Source of the DNA: an uncultured Actinomycetota bacterium
GTDB taxonomy: Bacteria > Actinomycetota > Actinomycetes > Actinomycetales > CAVURS01
Reading direction: 5' to 3'
Assembly: GCA_963834425.1 (NCBI GenBank)
Contig: CAWIBR010000019.1
Span: 56,097-120,096 of the forward strand
Length of the DNA stretch: 64,000 nucleotides
Part shown: piece after piece, positions 55,332 to 63,994 of the stretch
How positions within the stretch are numbered: position 1 is the stretch's first letter
Layout: each line of letters starts with the position of its first letter
Made by a program: the position numbers and the translations under genes
Notes under the pieces: generated by a model
The model's database searches: none
Seen by the model: only the letters and a program-made list of their open reading frames with translations
What the model was told of the DNA's origin: nothing

Positions 55332-56086
55332 GATCCGGCCTGTGCCGCAACGGATCCGGCCAGCCATTGCTCAAAGGTCTGCCGTCCTCGAGGTCCGGGT
55401 TCTGTGGGCAGGAGTGCGCCTGCAGCCATCGCCCGGCCAGCCGCACCGGGCACGCGCAGGGGCAAGACCACGCGCCGTACGCCGCGAGCCCGCAGGACCA
55501 GGCGAACGAGGTCGGGCATCTCGCGAGGCTCCGGACCGGCCAGCTCGGGCGCCCGACCCTGGGGCGGCCCCGTGGCCAGGGCGACCAACGCATCGGCCAC
55601 CTCGACGGCCGCGATCGGCTGGCTGCGCATCCGCGGCACGAGCACCAGCCGGCCCGGACCGCGCCCGATCAGCTGCTCCGCGAACTCGTGGAACTGTGTG
55701 GCCCGCAGGACCGTGACCGGGCCACCGCTGCCGAGGACCGCCTCCTCCTGACGCCGCTTGCCCGCGTAGTAGCCGAGGTCGACCCGGTCGGCGCCCACGA
55801 TCGACAGCACCACGTGATGGGCCACGCCAGCTCGCCGACCGGCCTCGAGCAGCTGCATCGATGCCCTCTCGAAGAACTCGACCGCCACGCGTCGCTTGGT
55901 GGTCGACCGGTTGGTCACGTCGATCACCGAGGCCACGCCGTCGAGCGCCGCATCGAGGCCTTGCCCGGTCGTGACATCGATTCCGTGCGAGCGAGAGAGC
56001 ACCGTCACCTGATGACCCGCAGCCTGCGCTGCGGCGACGACTGGCCGCCCCACCGTGCCTGTGCCCCCTGCTACCGCGATCCTCAT
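55328..56086 (-). CDS. NAD(P)H-binding NmrA/atypical-SDR family protein
   Basis: MRIAVAGGTGTVGRPVV Rossmann motif, 252 aa. Confidence 0.8.
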   Translation of the reverse strand: MRIAVAGGTGTVGRPVVAAAQAAGHQVTVLSRSHGIDVTTGQGLDAALDGVASVIDVTNRSTTKRRVAVEFFERASMQLLEAGRRAGVAHHVVLSIVGADRVDLGYYAGKRRQEEAVLGSGGPVTVLRATQFHEFAEQLIGRGPGRLVLVPRMRSQPIAAVEVADALVALATGPPQGRAPELAGPEPREMPDLVRLVLRARGVRRVVLPLRVPGAAGRAMAAGALLPTEPGPRGRQTFEQWLAGSVAAQAGS

Positions 56087-56152
56087 CCGAGCTCTCCGTC
56101 CTGTCCCGTCGACGTCATCCTGGCCCGCCGTCGGGTCCAGTCACACCCCCAG

Positions 56153-56179
56153 GACGAGACAGCCCCGGCGTCTGTGACA
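56153..56179 (-). promoter_or_regulatory. ECF41-type promoter TGTCACA-N16-CGTC
   Basis: The minus strand reads TGTCACA (56173-56179), 16 nt, CGTC (56153-56156). It lies 67 nt upstream of the NmrA-like gene start. Confidence 0.6.
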
Positions 56180-56470
56180 TCCGCATCCGTGGGCCGTGAT
56201 AGGGGACAGTGGAGGTTCTGCGTCACGGGTGACGCGAATGTTCCACCCACGGATGCTCGCGGCGGCGACGCGGCGGGGATCTTGAAGGTGACCCGCACGG
56301 CAACCACCCAAAGGCGACGGATAACTGAGCAGCCTGAAGCTAGCGGGAGGGTGGCTTCGACGAGCGCGCCCGTGGTCGCTCGGCGTGATGGTCCACCCTG
56401 ATCCGCAGGCTCGCGGTGTCCGACCCCCTGTGCCGGGCTGGACCGTGATCGTGAAGCCGCAGCGCCCGGC

Positions 56471-57214
56471 TCAGGACGGACGAACCTCGGCCCAGAGCTG
56501 CTCGTAGCACTGCGCCGCCCGGCTGGTCGGGGCGAAGACGGGCACGGGCGCTCGGTGCTCGGCCATCTGCTCGATGACCGAGAGCGCAGGGATCACCGCG
56601 TCGGCGACCCGGGTATCGGCGTGGTCGCGCGGGATCGCCTCGATCACGTCGCGGTGCAGCCGCTTTCGCCGGTCCGCCATGGAAAAGAAGGCGACCACCG
56701 TGGGGCGCGGTTTCGCCGAGTCGGCCACGAAGCGGGTCAACTGGTCGAACGTCCGCAGCGACAGGGTCGCCGGGATCAGCGGCACGAGCAAGGTGTCAGC
56801 GGCATGCATGACGTTCTCGGAGACCAACGAGATGCTCGGTGGGCAGTCGAGGAAGGCGACGTCGTAGTCGTCAGCCACGCTGTCCAGCAACTGACCCAGC
56901 CGCCGGGTCCGCTTCTTCGTGTCGTCGAGGTCGAGATCCATGTTGCGGTAGCTGAAGTCGGCCGGCAGCAGGTCGAGGTTGGCGAAATCGGTTGCCTTCA
57001 GGGCCAGCTCGATCGGCCGCCGACGGGTCACGAGGGCGTGACCGCCGCCCTTGACGCGGGGGCGCACCCGGAACAGGTACGTCGCAGCCCCCTGTGGGTC
57101 GAGATCCCACAACAAGGTCCGGCGACCTTCGCGGGCGGCGAGGTAGGCCAGGTTCACGGCGGTCGAGGTCTTTCCGACCCCACCCTTGATGTTGTACGTC
57201 GCGAAGACCTTCAC
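56471..57214 (-). CDS. ParA/MinD-family P-loop ATPase (orphan, no ParB)
   Basis: GTG at 57214 follows GGAGG and overlaps the CHAD stop in a GTGA junction. VKVFATYNIKGGVGKTSTAVNLA (deviant Walker A) ...DLDPQGAAT...AFLDCPPS. The upstream 166 aa of track ORF 56471..57715 are shadow sequence. Confidence 0.85.
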   Translation of the reverse strand: MKVFATYNIKGGVGKTSTAVNLAYLAAREGRRTLLWDLDPQGAATYLFRVRPRVKGGGHALVTRRRPIELALKATDFANLDLLPADFSYRNMDLDLDDTKKRTRRLGQLLDSVADDYDVAFLDCPPSISLVSENVMHAADTLLVPLIPATLSLRTFDQLTRFVADSAKPRPTVVAFFSMADRRKRLHRDVIEAIPRDHADTRVADAVIPALSVIEQMAEHRAPVPVFAPTSRAAQCYEQLWAEVRPS

Positions 57215-58725
57215 CGCCCGCCTCCGATCTTGCGCACCAACCGCTGACTCGATGGCCGGGTGAACGTGGCGAACGCGCCCTCGAACTCCCGCCGGGCGCG
57301 ATCCTGGTCGGCGTCGAGGTGGCCGATCAGCTCGCCCATGGCCAGCATCGCCTCCGCCGGAGCCCCCTCGGCCATCATCTCTCCGGCAAACCCGCGCAAT
57401 GCCTGACGGTGTATCTCGGCGTCCTGGAAGCGGCCGAGGACGTCCTGCAGGCTCTTGAGCTGGGCGACGGCGCGCTTGCGCGGACCTTTGGCGATGACGG
57501 GGGCGAACACCTCCAGGGCGTAGCGCAACTCCTTGCAGCGTTTGCGCAGCTGGTGCAGGTCCGTGGCCGGCGAGTCGTCGCTGATGGCGGCGCCACCCCG
57601 CAGCACCCGACGGTAGGCCCGGGACAGACTGCGATCGGCCATGCGGCCGGCCGACAGATGCCCCTCGTCGGGCCCTTCCGGGGTTTCGGCCAGGCGGGTC
57701 ACCTGCTCGTCCCACTCCAGGGTGAGTCGCCGGAACCGCGCGGATCGCAGACCGCGGACGAGAGCCCGGCGCTCCGAGCTCCGCCGGCGGCGCAGGAATC
57801 TCGAAAACGGCTCCAGGTCGGCCGGATCCGCCGCCATCAGCCAGCCCTCCATCGTGGGCAGGTCCAGCTCGTAGACGTCAAGGTCGCGGACCTGCGTCGT
57901 CACGTCACCGAGCCATTTGAACTCCGGCTCCCATCGAGTCCGCATCACGTCCGGCAGGGCAGCCCGACCCAGTTTGAGGGTCGACCGGGTCTGTCGGACC
58001 GCCACTCGAAAGTCATGCAGGAACTCGGTGTCGACATCGTCGAGCAGGCCAGGAAGGTTCGCCCGCATCGTCGCGGAGAAGTCCCCCAACGCGGCGGCCA
58101 GGAGCACCCCGGCAGGTACCGCGCGATCAACCTTGCCGATCGGCGGTTCGGCGACGGCACTCCGATCTTCATCCGGATCGACGTCGCGCAGGCCCAGGCC
58201 GGTCAGGATGCGCTCGGCCCGGCGGGCGTCGGCCGCATAGCCGCGGAGGGTCAGCACGGTGAGGCGGGCCTCTCGTGCCCCTGCTGACACGGGCTCATCG
58301 AGCTCGACCCGGACCACTGTCTTGGCGTCCGTGTTGCGCAGCTCGAGCAGGGACATCCGCCGCTTCTCGTCCGAGACCACCATCAACGCGCGGATGCCCG
58401 CCGCGCCGGCAACCGCCTCCCGGACCGGACCCGCCGGCAGGACGTCCGCATGCGCCGGCCATCGCACGTCTTTCGCCGGCGCCACTAGCGGCGAAACGGC
58501 GTCCGACCGACGTACGACGACCCGGTCACCGGAGGGGGTCGACTGGTGCTCCAGGCTGAGACCAGCCGCTCGCAGCCGCCGGTCGAACGTGTCGAGGCAG
58601 ACCTGTCGGACCAGCTGCTTGGAAGCAGTCGCCACGATGAAATGGGCGGAAAGCGCGGCGACAATCGACGCGGTGTCCAGACGGCCCTCGTCACCAGCCC
58701 GCAGGACTCGATTAGCGATGGTCAT
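57211..58725 (-). CDS. CYTH-domain + CHAD-domain protein (triphosphate-tunnel / polyphosphate-binding)
   Basis: The ~200-aa N-terminal region is CYTH-like. The C-terminal CHAD has conserved basic helices (HDFRVAVRQTRSTLKL...LHQLRKRCKELRYALEVF...LQDVLGRFQDAEI). Confidence 0.78.
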   Translation of the reverse strand: MTIANRVLRAGDEGRLDTASIVAALSAHFIVATASKQLVRQVCLDTFDRRLRAAGLSLEHQSTPSGDRVVVRRSDAVSPLVAPAKDVRWPAHADVLPAGPVREAVAGAAGIRALMVVSDEKRRMSLLELRNTDAKTVVRVELDEPVSAGAREARLTVLTLRGYAADARRAERILTGLGLRDVDPDEDRSAVAEPPIGKVDRAVPAGVLLAAALGDFSATMRANLPGLLDDVDTEFLHDFRVAVRQTRSTLKLGRAALPDVMRTRWEPEFKWLGDVTTQVRDLDVYELDLPTMEGWLMAADPADLEPFSRFLRRRRSSERRALVRGLRSARFRRLTLEWDEQVTRLAETPEGPDEGHLSAGRMADRSLSRAYRRVLRGGAAISDDSPATDLHQLRKRCKELRYALEVFAPVIAKGPRKRAVAQLKSLQDVLGRFQDAEIHRQALRGFAGEMMAEGAPAEAMLAMGELIGHLDADQDRARREFEGAFATFTRPSSQRLVRKIGGGR

Positions 58726-58791
58726 CGTGCCGAAACTATAAACCTCGGCCAGCGAACGCCGACCGATCGCCGGGCCGAACTTTGGCCTCCA

Positions 58792-59421
58792 TCAATCGCG
58801 AACCTCAGCGCCGGTCGTGGCTCGCAGATCGTCGAGCGTCACCTCGGGCGCCAGCTCGACCACAGCGAAGTGGTCTCCGGCCACGTCGAGGACGCCGAGA
58901 TCGGTGATCACTCGCTGCACGACCGACTTTCCCGTGAGAGGAAGGTCGCACTCCCGCAACAGTTTTGGGCTCCCATCCCGGGCCACGTGCTCCATGAGTA
59001 CGACGACCCGCTTGGCCCCGTGGACGAGATCCATGGCGCCGCCCATGCCCTTGACCATCTTGCCCGGCACCATCCAGTTGGCCAGGTCGCCGCTCACCGA
59101 GACTTGCATGCCACCCAGCACCGCGACGTCGACATGGCCGCCCCGGATCATGGCGAAGCTGGTCGGTGAGTCGAAGTAGGACGCACCCGGCAGCACCGTG
59201 ACGGTCTCCTTGCCCGCGTTGACCAGGTCAGGATCGACGTCCTCCTCGTAGGGGTAAGGACCGACGCCGAGGATGCCGTTCTCGGAATGCATCACGACGT
59301 GCACGTCGTCCGGCAGGTAGCCCGGGATCAGCGTCGGGAGCCCGATCCCCAAGTTGACGTACTGTCCGTCGGCGAGCTCGCGTGCGGCGCGCTCGGCCAT
59401 CTGATGGCGGGACCAGGGCAT
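58792..59421 (-). CDS. pcaJ: 3-oxoadipate:succinyl-CoA transferase subunit B
   Basis: [10 protein letters not shown]...HSENGILG (catalytic Glu motif SENG) ...[11 protein letters not shown]. Confidence 0.85.
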   Translation of the reverse strand: MPWSRHQMAERAARELADGQYVNLGIGLPTLIPGYLPDDVHVVMHSENGILGVGPYPYEEDVDPDLVNAGKETVTVLPGASYFDSPTSFAMIRGGHVDVAVLGGMQVSVSGDLANWMVPGKMVKGMGGAMDLVHGAKRVVVLMEHVARDGSPKLLRECDLPLTGKSVVQRVITDLGVLDVAGDHFAVVELAPEVTLDDLRATTGAEVRD

Positions 59422-60212
59422 CAGCTCGCCTCTCCAGCAACGGTTTCCGTGCCCGGGCGTGGGCGAGTCGTGCGCTTCTCGATCCGCTTGTCGCCGGCCT
59501 GCTCGGCGGTGAGTGGCACAACCCGCTGCACGAAGATGCCGGGCAGGTGCACCCGATCGGGATCGATCTCGCCCGCGTCCACGACCTGCTCGGCCTCGAC
59601 GATCGTCACCCGCCCGGCCATGGCCGCCGCCGGGTTGAAGTTGCGGGCCGAGGCGTGGAAGACCGTGTTGCCGTGGCGGTCGGCCAGCGCCGCCCGGACG
59701 AGCGCGAAGTCGGTGGTGATCGCCTCCTCCAGCACCTGCTCGCGACCGCCGATGACCCGGACCTCCTTGGCCGGTGATGCGACGGCGACCGTCCCGTCCG
59801 CGGCGTACCGCCAGGGCAGGCCACCGTCGGCGACCTGCGTGCCGACTCCGGTCGGGGTGAAGAACGCCCCGACGCCGCTGCCCCCGGCGCGCAACCGCTC
59901 GGCGAGCGTCCCCTGCGGCGTCAGCTCGACCTGCACCTCGCCGGCCAGGAACTGCCGCGCAAACTCACGGTTCTCCCCGACGTACGACGCGATGACCCGA
60001 TCGATCCGATGGGCCTCCAGGAGCAGGCCGAGCCCAGCCCCGTCGACACCACAGTTGTTGGAGACGACCGTCAGGCCGTCGGCGCCCTGGGTCAGCAGCG
60101 CGTCGATGAGGACCCAGGGGATCCCGGCCAGCCCGAACCCGCCGACCGCGATGCTGGCGCCCGGCGGCACATCGGCAACGGCGCTTGCGGCAGAGGCGAA
60201 GACCTTGTCCAC
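59421..60212 (-). CDS. pcaI: 3-oxoadipate:succinyl-CoA transferase subunit A
   Basis: GTG at 60212 ([32 protein letters not shown]...). ...[16 protein letters not shown]... The stop overlaps the pcaJ ATG by 1 nt. Confidence 0.85.
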   Translation of the reverse strand: MDKVFASAASAVADVPPGASIAVGGFGLAGIPWVLIDALLTQGADGLTVVSNNCGVDGAGLGLLLEAHRIDRVIASYVGENREFARQFLAGEVQVELTPQGTLAERLRAGGSGVGAFFTPTGVGTQVADGGLPWRYAADGTVAVASPAKEVRVIGGREQVLEEAITTDFALVRAALADRHGNTVFHASARNFNPAAAMAGRVTIVEAEQVVDAGEIDPDRVHLPGIFVQRVVPLTAEQAGDKRIEKRTTRPRPGTETVAGEAS

Positions 60213-60213
60213 C

Positions 60214-60630
60214 TCAGTCGTCCTCTCCGTCGTCGCCGGGTGCTGCCGACAGAGCTTCCTGCGCCACCGCGAACGCCCGGTTGGCGGCGGGTACGCCGGC
60301 ATAGATCGCGCACTGCAACAGGACCTCTTGGATCTCGTTGTCGCTCAGGCCGTTTCGCCGCGCGGCGCGCACGTGCAGACCCAGCTCCTGGTCGTGTCCA
60401 AGCGCAGTGAGCACGGCCAACGTGACCAGGCTGCGGGATCGGCGATCCAAGCCGGGACGAGACCAGATCTCCCCCCAGGCATAGCGCGTGATCAGGTCCT
60501 GGAACGGCTCGGTGAAAGCGTCGGACCGCTCCTCGGCGCCCGCGACGTAGTCGGCCCCGAGGACCTCGCGTCGCACCGCCATCCCCTGCTCGCTCCGACC
60601 GGCGTCGTCCATGTCCGCGCTCCCTGTCAT
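60214..60630 (-). CDS. pcaC: 4-carboxymuconolactone decarboxylase
   Basis: ...RYAWGEIWSRPGLDRRSRSLVTLAVLTALG...ELGLHVRAARRNGLSDNEIQEVLLQCAIYAGVPAAN. Confidence 0.85.
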   Translation of the reverse strand: MTGSADMDDAGRSEQGMAVRREVLGADYVAGAEERSDAFTEPFQDLITRYAWGEIWSRPGLDRRSRSLVTLAVLTALGHDQELGLHVRAARRNGLSDNEIQEVLLQCAIYAGVPAANRAFAVAQEALSAAPGDDGEDD

Positions 60631-61433
60631 CGGTCCCGCTCCTCGGCCGTCGTCGCGTCGCCCGCCAGATGGGCTCGGATGGCGGCGTTGATGGCGTCCG
60701 GTTGCTGGAGGTTGGCCAGGTGCGCTGCGTCATCAACGACCAGCAACCGCCCGTCCTGGACTCCATCGGCGATGAGCGCGAGGTGCTCGGGCGTCGTCAC
60801 CGGGTCATCCGCGCCCGCGATTGCGAGCAGGGGCGCGGTGATCGAGGCCAGGTCGGCTCGCAGGTCCATCCGCTCGATGACGCCACAGCACGCGGCGTAG
60901 CCCTCCGGGTCGTGCGAACGGACCATGTCTTCCAGCCACGCGACCGTCGCCGGGTGAGCCTCGGCGAAGCCGGGCGTCAGCCAACGCCCGACGACAGCCT
61001 CGGCGACCGCGGCCATCCCACCCGCTCGCACCGCGGCGGCCCGATCGGCCCACATCTGCGGCGGCCCGAGGCGAGCCGAGGTGCAGAGCACGGCCAGCCG
61101 GTCGACCCGCGCAGGTTCGCGTGCGGCCACGCGCAGCGCCGTCATGGCGCCCAAGGACAGCCCGACCAGGTGGGCGCGCTCGACACCGAGGTCGTCGAGC
61201 ACGGCCACGGCGTCATCGGCCAGGTCGTCGATGTCGTACGGCCCGGGCGGCACCGGCGACCCGCCGTGACCGCGCGTCTCGGCCCGCACGAGGCGGTACG
61301 ACGCGGCCAGCGCGGGCACCTGCGGCCGCCACATCTCCAGGGTCGATCCGAGCGACCCCAGCATCAGGACGACCGGGGCATCGGGGGGCAGCCCGGGGGT
61401 GATCTCCTCAACCCGGTTGAGGCGGACGCTCAT
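60627..61433 (-). CDS. pcaD: 3-oxoadipate enol-lactonase
   Basis: Alpha/beta hydrolase with the nucleophile elbow LVGLSLGAM. ATGA overlaps on both sides. Confidence 0.85.
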   Translation of the reverse strand: MSVRLNRVEEITPGLPPDAPVVLMLGSLGSTLEMWRPQVPALAASYRLVRAETRGHGGSPVPPGPYDIDDLADDAVAVLDDLGVERAHLVGLSLGAMTALRVAAREPARVDRLAVLCTSARLGPPQMWADRAAAVRAGGMAAVAEAVVGRWLTPGFAEAHPATVAWLEDMVRSHDPEGYAACCGVIERMDLRADLASITAPLLAIAGADDPVTTPEHLALIADGVQDGRLLVVDDAAHLANLQQPDAINAAIRAHLAGDATTAEERDR

Positions 61434-62614
61434 GACGCAGTCGCCGCCCGCTGAGCCAGCGCGTCATCCACCCGGTCGGCGGCGGCTGCCACATGGACCG
61501 CCAGATCCGCCTCGGGATGGCCAGACCCATTGTCGGCCAACGATTCCAGCGCTCGGACGCGCATCACTTCGGGGTGCACCTGCAGCTGGCTCACCGAGTC
61601 GGCCAGCCAGCCCGCACCGGAGCCGACCAGCCGGAGCAGGTCGCTGAGCGTCTCCCACTCGGCGTGCCAAGCGCCCGCCGCCCGCTCGTGCTCCTGGGCC
61701 GACCCAGCGATCAGCGATGAGACGAGGCCCGGCACCCGGAAGGTGCACGCGCGCGCCGAGATCGCGGCGATCGGGTTGTGTTTGTGGGCCATCGACGACG
61801 AGCCGCCGCGACCGGGCGCGCCCTCGCTGACCTCGCCCACCTCGCTTTGCGCGAGCAGCACGATGTCGAGGGCCGGGGTGGCGATCGCGGCCGAGGCGAT
61901 CGCGAGCGCACCGGCCAGGTCGAGGACCGGCGTCCGGTCGGTGTGCCAGGCCAGTGGGGTCGATCGAAGCCCCAAGTCGGCGGCCAGCGCGCCCCGAATC
62001 GCCGGCCCGAAGGAGCCGGCCGAGGCGAGGGTGCCGACCGGGCCGCCGTACTGCACGGGCAAGCCGGCCGCCGCCGACTCGAGCCGCGATCGGCTGGCGT
62101 CGAGTGCGCTCATCCAGACCGCAGCCTTCAGCCCGAAGGTCGTGGGCACGGCCGCCTGCATCAGGCTGCGGCCGATCACCGGGGTGCGCACGTGTTCGGC
62201 CGCGAACGCGGCGCAGGCGTCCGCCGCGACGCCGAGATCGGCCCTGATCGCGCCGACCGCCCGGCGAGCGATCAGCACCATCGCGGTGTCCAGGATGTCC
62301 TGGCTGGTGGCGCCGAAGTGCACGTCGGCCGCGGCCGACGCCGGCACCCGCTCGCGGATCCGCGCGACCAGCGGGACGACCGGGCTGCCGGAGTCCGCGG
62401 CGGCCCGGGCCAGGTCACCCACGTTGTACGCCGAGGGGTCCGCACAGGCCTGCTCGATCGCCCCGACGGAGGTGGCCGAGATGGCCCCGACCGAGCCGGC
62501 GGCGCGCGCAAGGGCGACCTCAACCTCCAGGAGGGCGGCCACCCAGGCGTCCCCGGAGACCAGGTCGCCGACCGGTCCGCGCGCGAACGTGCCGCCGAAC
62601 ACGCTCTCACTCAC
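61430..62614 (-). CDS. pcaB: 3-carboxy-cis,cis-muconate cycloisomerase
   Basis: GTG at 62614. Fumarate-lyase superfamily signature GSSSMAHKHNP, and HFGATSQDILDTA. Confidence 0.85.
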   Translation of the reverse strand: MSESVFGGTFARGPVGDLVSGDAWVAALLEVEVALARAAGSVGAISATSVGAIEQACADPSAYNVGDLARAAADSGSPVVPLVARIRERVPASAAADVHFGATSQDILDTAMVLIARRAVGAIRADLGVAADACAAFAAEHVRTPVIGRSLMQAAVPTTFGLKAAVWMSALDASRSRLESAAAGLPVQYGGPVGTLASAGSFGPAIRGALAADLGLRSTPLAWHTDRTPVLDLAGALAIASAAIATPALDIVLLAQSEVGEVSEGAPGRGGSSSMAHKHNPIAAISARACTFRVPGLVSSLIAGSAQEHERAAGAWHAEWETLSDLLRLVGSGAGWLADSVSQLQVHPEVMRVRALESLADNGSGHPEADLAVHVAAAADRVDDALAQRAATAS

Positions 62615-62636
62615 CTCGGGTCGCCTCTTCCGGAGC

Positions 62637-63229
62637 TCAGACTGCGAAGAACGTAGTCTCTCGCTCCCCTTGGAGCACGATGTCGAGCCGGTAACCGTCG
62701 GGCGCGACCTCGGCGACCAGCAGTCGCCCGGGAGGCATCGTCGGGCAGCGAGCCGAGCACCGGGTCGGCGGCGTTGGCCGCGGCCTCGTCGGCGAAGTAG
62801 CAACGGGTCACGACCCGGTCGAGCAGCCCTCGGGCCAGCACGCTGATGTCAAGGTGCGGAGCCTGCCATCCGCCGTCGCCGTCGGGGACCAGCGCCCGGC
62901 TTGACGGTGTGGATCGCGAAGGATCCGTCGGCCTGGGTCGCCGACCGGGCGTAACCGCGGAACCCTTGCCGCGCAACGGCTCCGCGGGGATCGTCCGGAT
63001 GGTCGAACCGACCATCCGGATCGGCCTGCCAGGTCTCGACCACGCCGTCCGGCACGCCGTCGCCGGCACCGTCGATCAGCCGGCCCCGGATCCAGAAGGC
63101 GCCCGGCGTGCCGTCGGGGACCACCCACTCACCGTCGTCCCAGCTCATCCCGATCGACAGGAACGGCCCAACGGTCTGCGACGGCGTCGACCCGTGCTCG
63201 GCCGTCGGCTGGCCGGCATCGCCGCTCAT
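62637..63229 (-). pseudogene. pcaG: protocatechuate 3,4-dioxygenase alpha subunit, two frame disruptions as sequenced
   Basis: MSGDAGQPTAEHGSTPSQTVGPFLSIG...FAIHTVKPG (one frame) / LVPDGDGGWQAPHLDISVLARGLLDRVVTRCYFADEAAANAADPVL (second frame) / LLVAEVAPDGYRLDIVLQGERETTFFAV-TGA (62637-62639). Junctions lie near 62893-62899 and 62724-62732. The ATG overlaps the pcaH stop in an ATGA junction. Confidence 0.8.
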
Positions 63230-63994
63230 GCTTCGTCGTCCTCGTCGCCGGCCGCGGTCTCGGCCTCGAACGGCGTGCTCCCGCTGCCGCGCAACACGAT
63301 GTCGAACTCGAAGGCGAGCGCCCAGTCCGGCACGGTCGTCTCCAGGTCGAACCGGGAGATCATCCGGTCCCGCGCCGCAGGATCCGGCACCGAGTTGAAG
63401 ATCGGGTCCTGGCCGAAGAGCGGGTCGTCCGGGAAGTACATCTGGGTCACCAGCCGCTGGGTGAACGCCCGGCCGAAGAGCGAGAAGTGGATGTGCGCCG
63501 GCCGCCAGGCGTTGAGGTGGTTCTTCCATGGGTAGGCGCCTGGCTTGATCGTGACGAACCGATAGCGGCCCTGGTCGTCGGTCATCGCCCGTCCGAGCCC
63601 AGTGAAGTTCGGGTCGAGCGGCGCGTCCCAGCGGTCGATCACATGCCGGTAGCGCCCGGCTGCGTTGGCCTGCCAGATCTCCACCAGGGTCGAGCGCACC
63701 GGTTGCCCGTCGCCGTCGATCACCTTGCCGTGCACGATGATCCGCTGCCCTTGCGGCAGCTCGCTCGTGCTGCCCGGTCAGGTCGGCTTCGCCCTCCGCC
63801 GGCCGACGGTCGCCGAGCAGCGGCCCGGTGATCTCGGTCAGCCGTTGCGGCAGGTCGTGCGGTGTCCGCAGCGGCCCCCGCAGCGACGTGCTGCGATACC
63901 CGGCGAAGTCCAGCGGTGGGTGGGTGCCGGGCGGGTCGCGCCGGTACGACGGCAGGACGAGTCGCGGCGACGGCGGCCGATCCAGCGTGCTCAC
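63226..63994 (-). pseudogene. pcaH: protocatechuate 3,4-dioxygenase beta subunit, one frame disruption as sequenced
   Basis: The N-terminal part (STLDRPPSPRLVLPSYRRDPPGTHPPLDFAGYRSTSLRGP...ADLTGQH) is in track ORF 62849..63994. The rest (ELPQGQRIIVHGKVIDGDGQPVRSTLVEIWQANAAGRYRH...RPAHIHFSL...) is in ORF 63226..63735. The junction lies near 63760-63772. Confidence 0.8.

Noticed and set aside
56180-56470. Unassigned ~290 nt between parA and the ECF41 promoter, examined for a small gene or RNA
   Set aside because: Only shadow ORFs without RBS are present (56083..56307-, and the tail of 55367..56401+). One weak 7-bp hairpin follows parA. Nothing here can be supported from sequence alone.
4780-63772. 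Frame disruptions as programmed ribosomal frameshifts
   Set aside because: No slippery heptamers or downstream pseudoknots are evident. The sites are scattered over unrelated genes and mostly coincide with G/C runs. Indels (error or mutation) are the simpler explanation.
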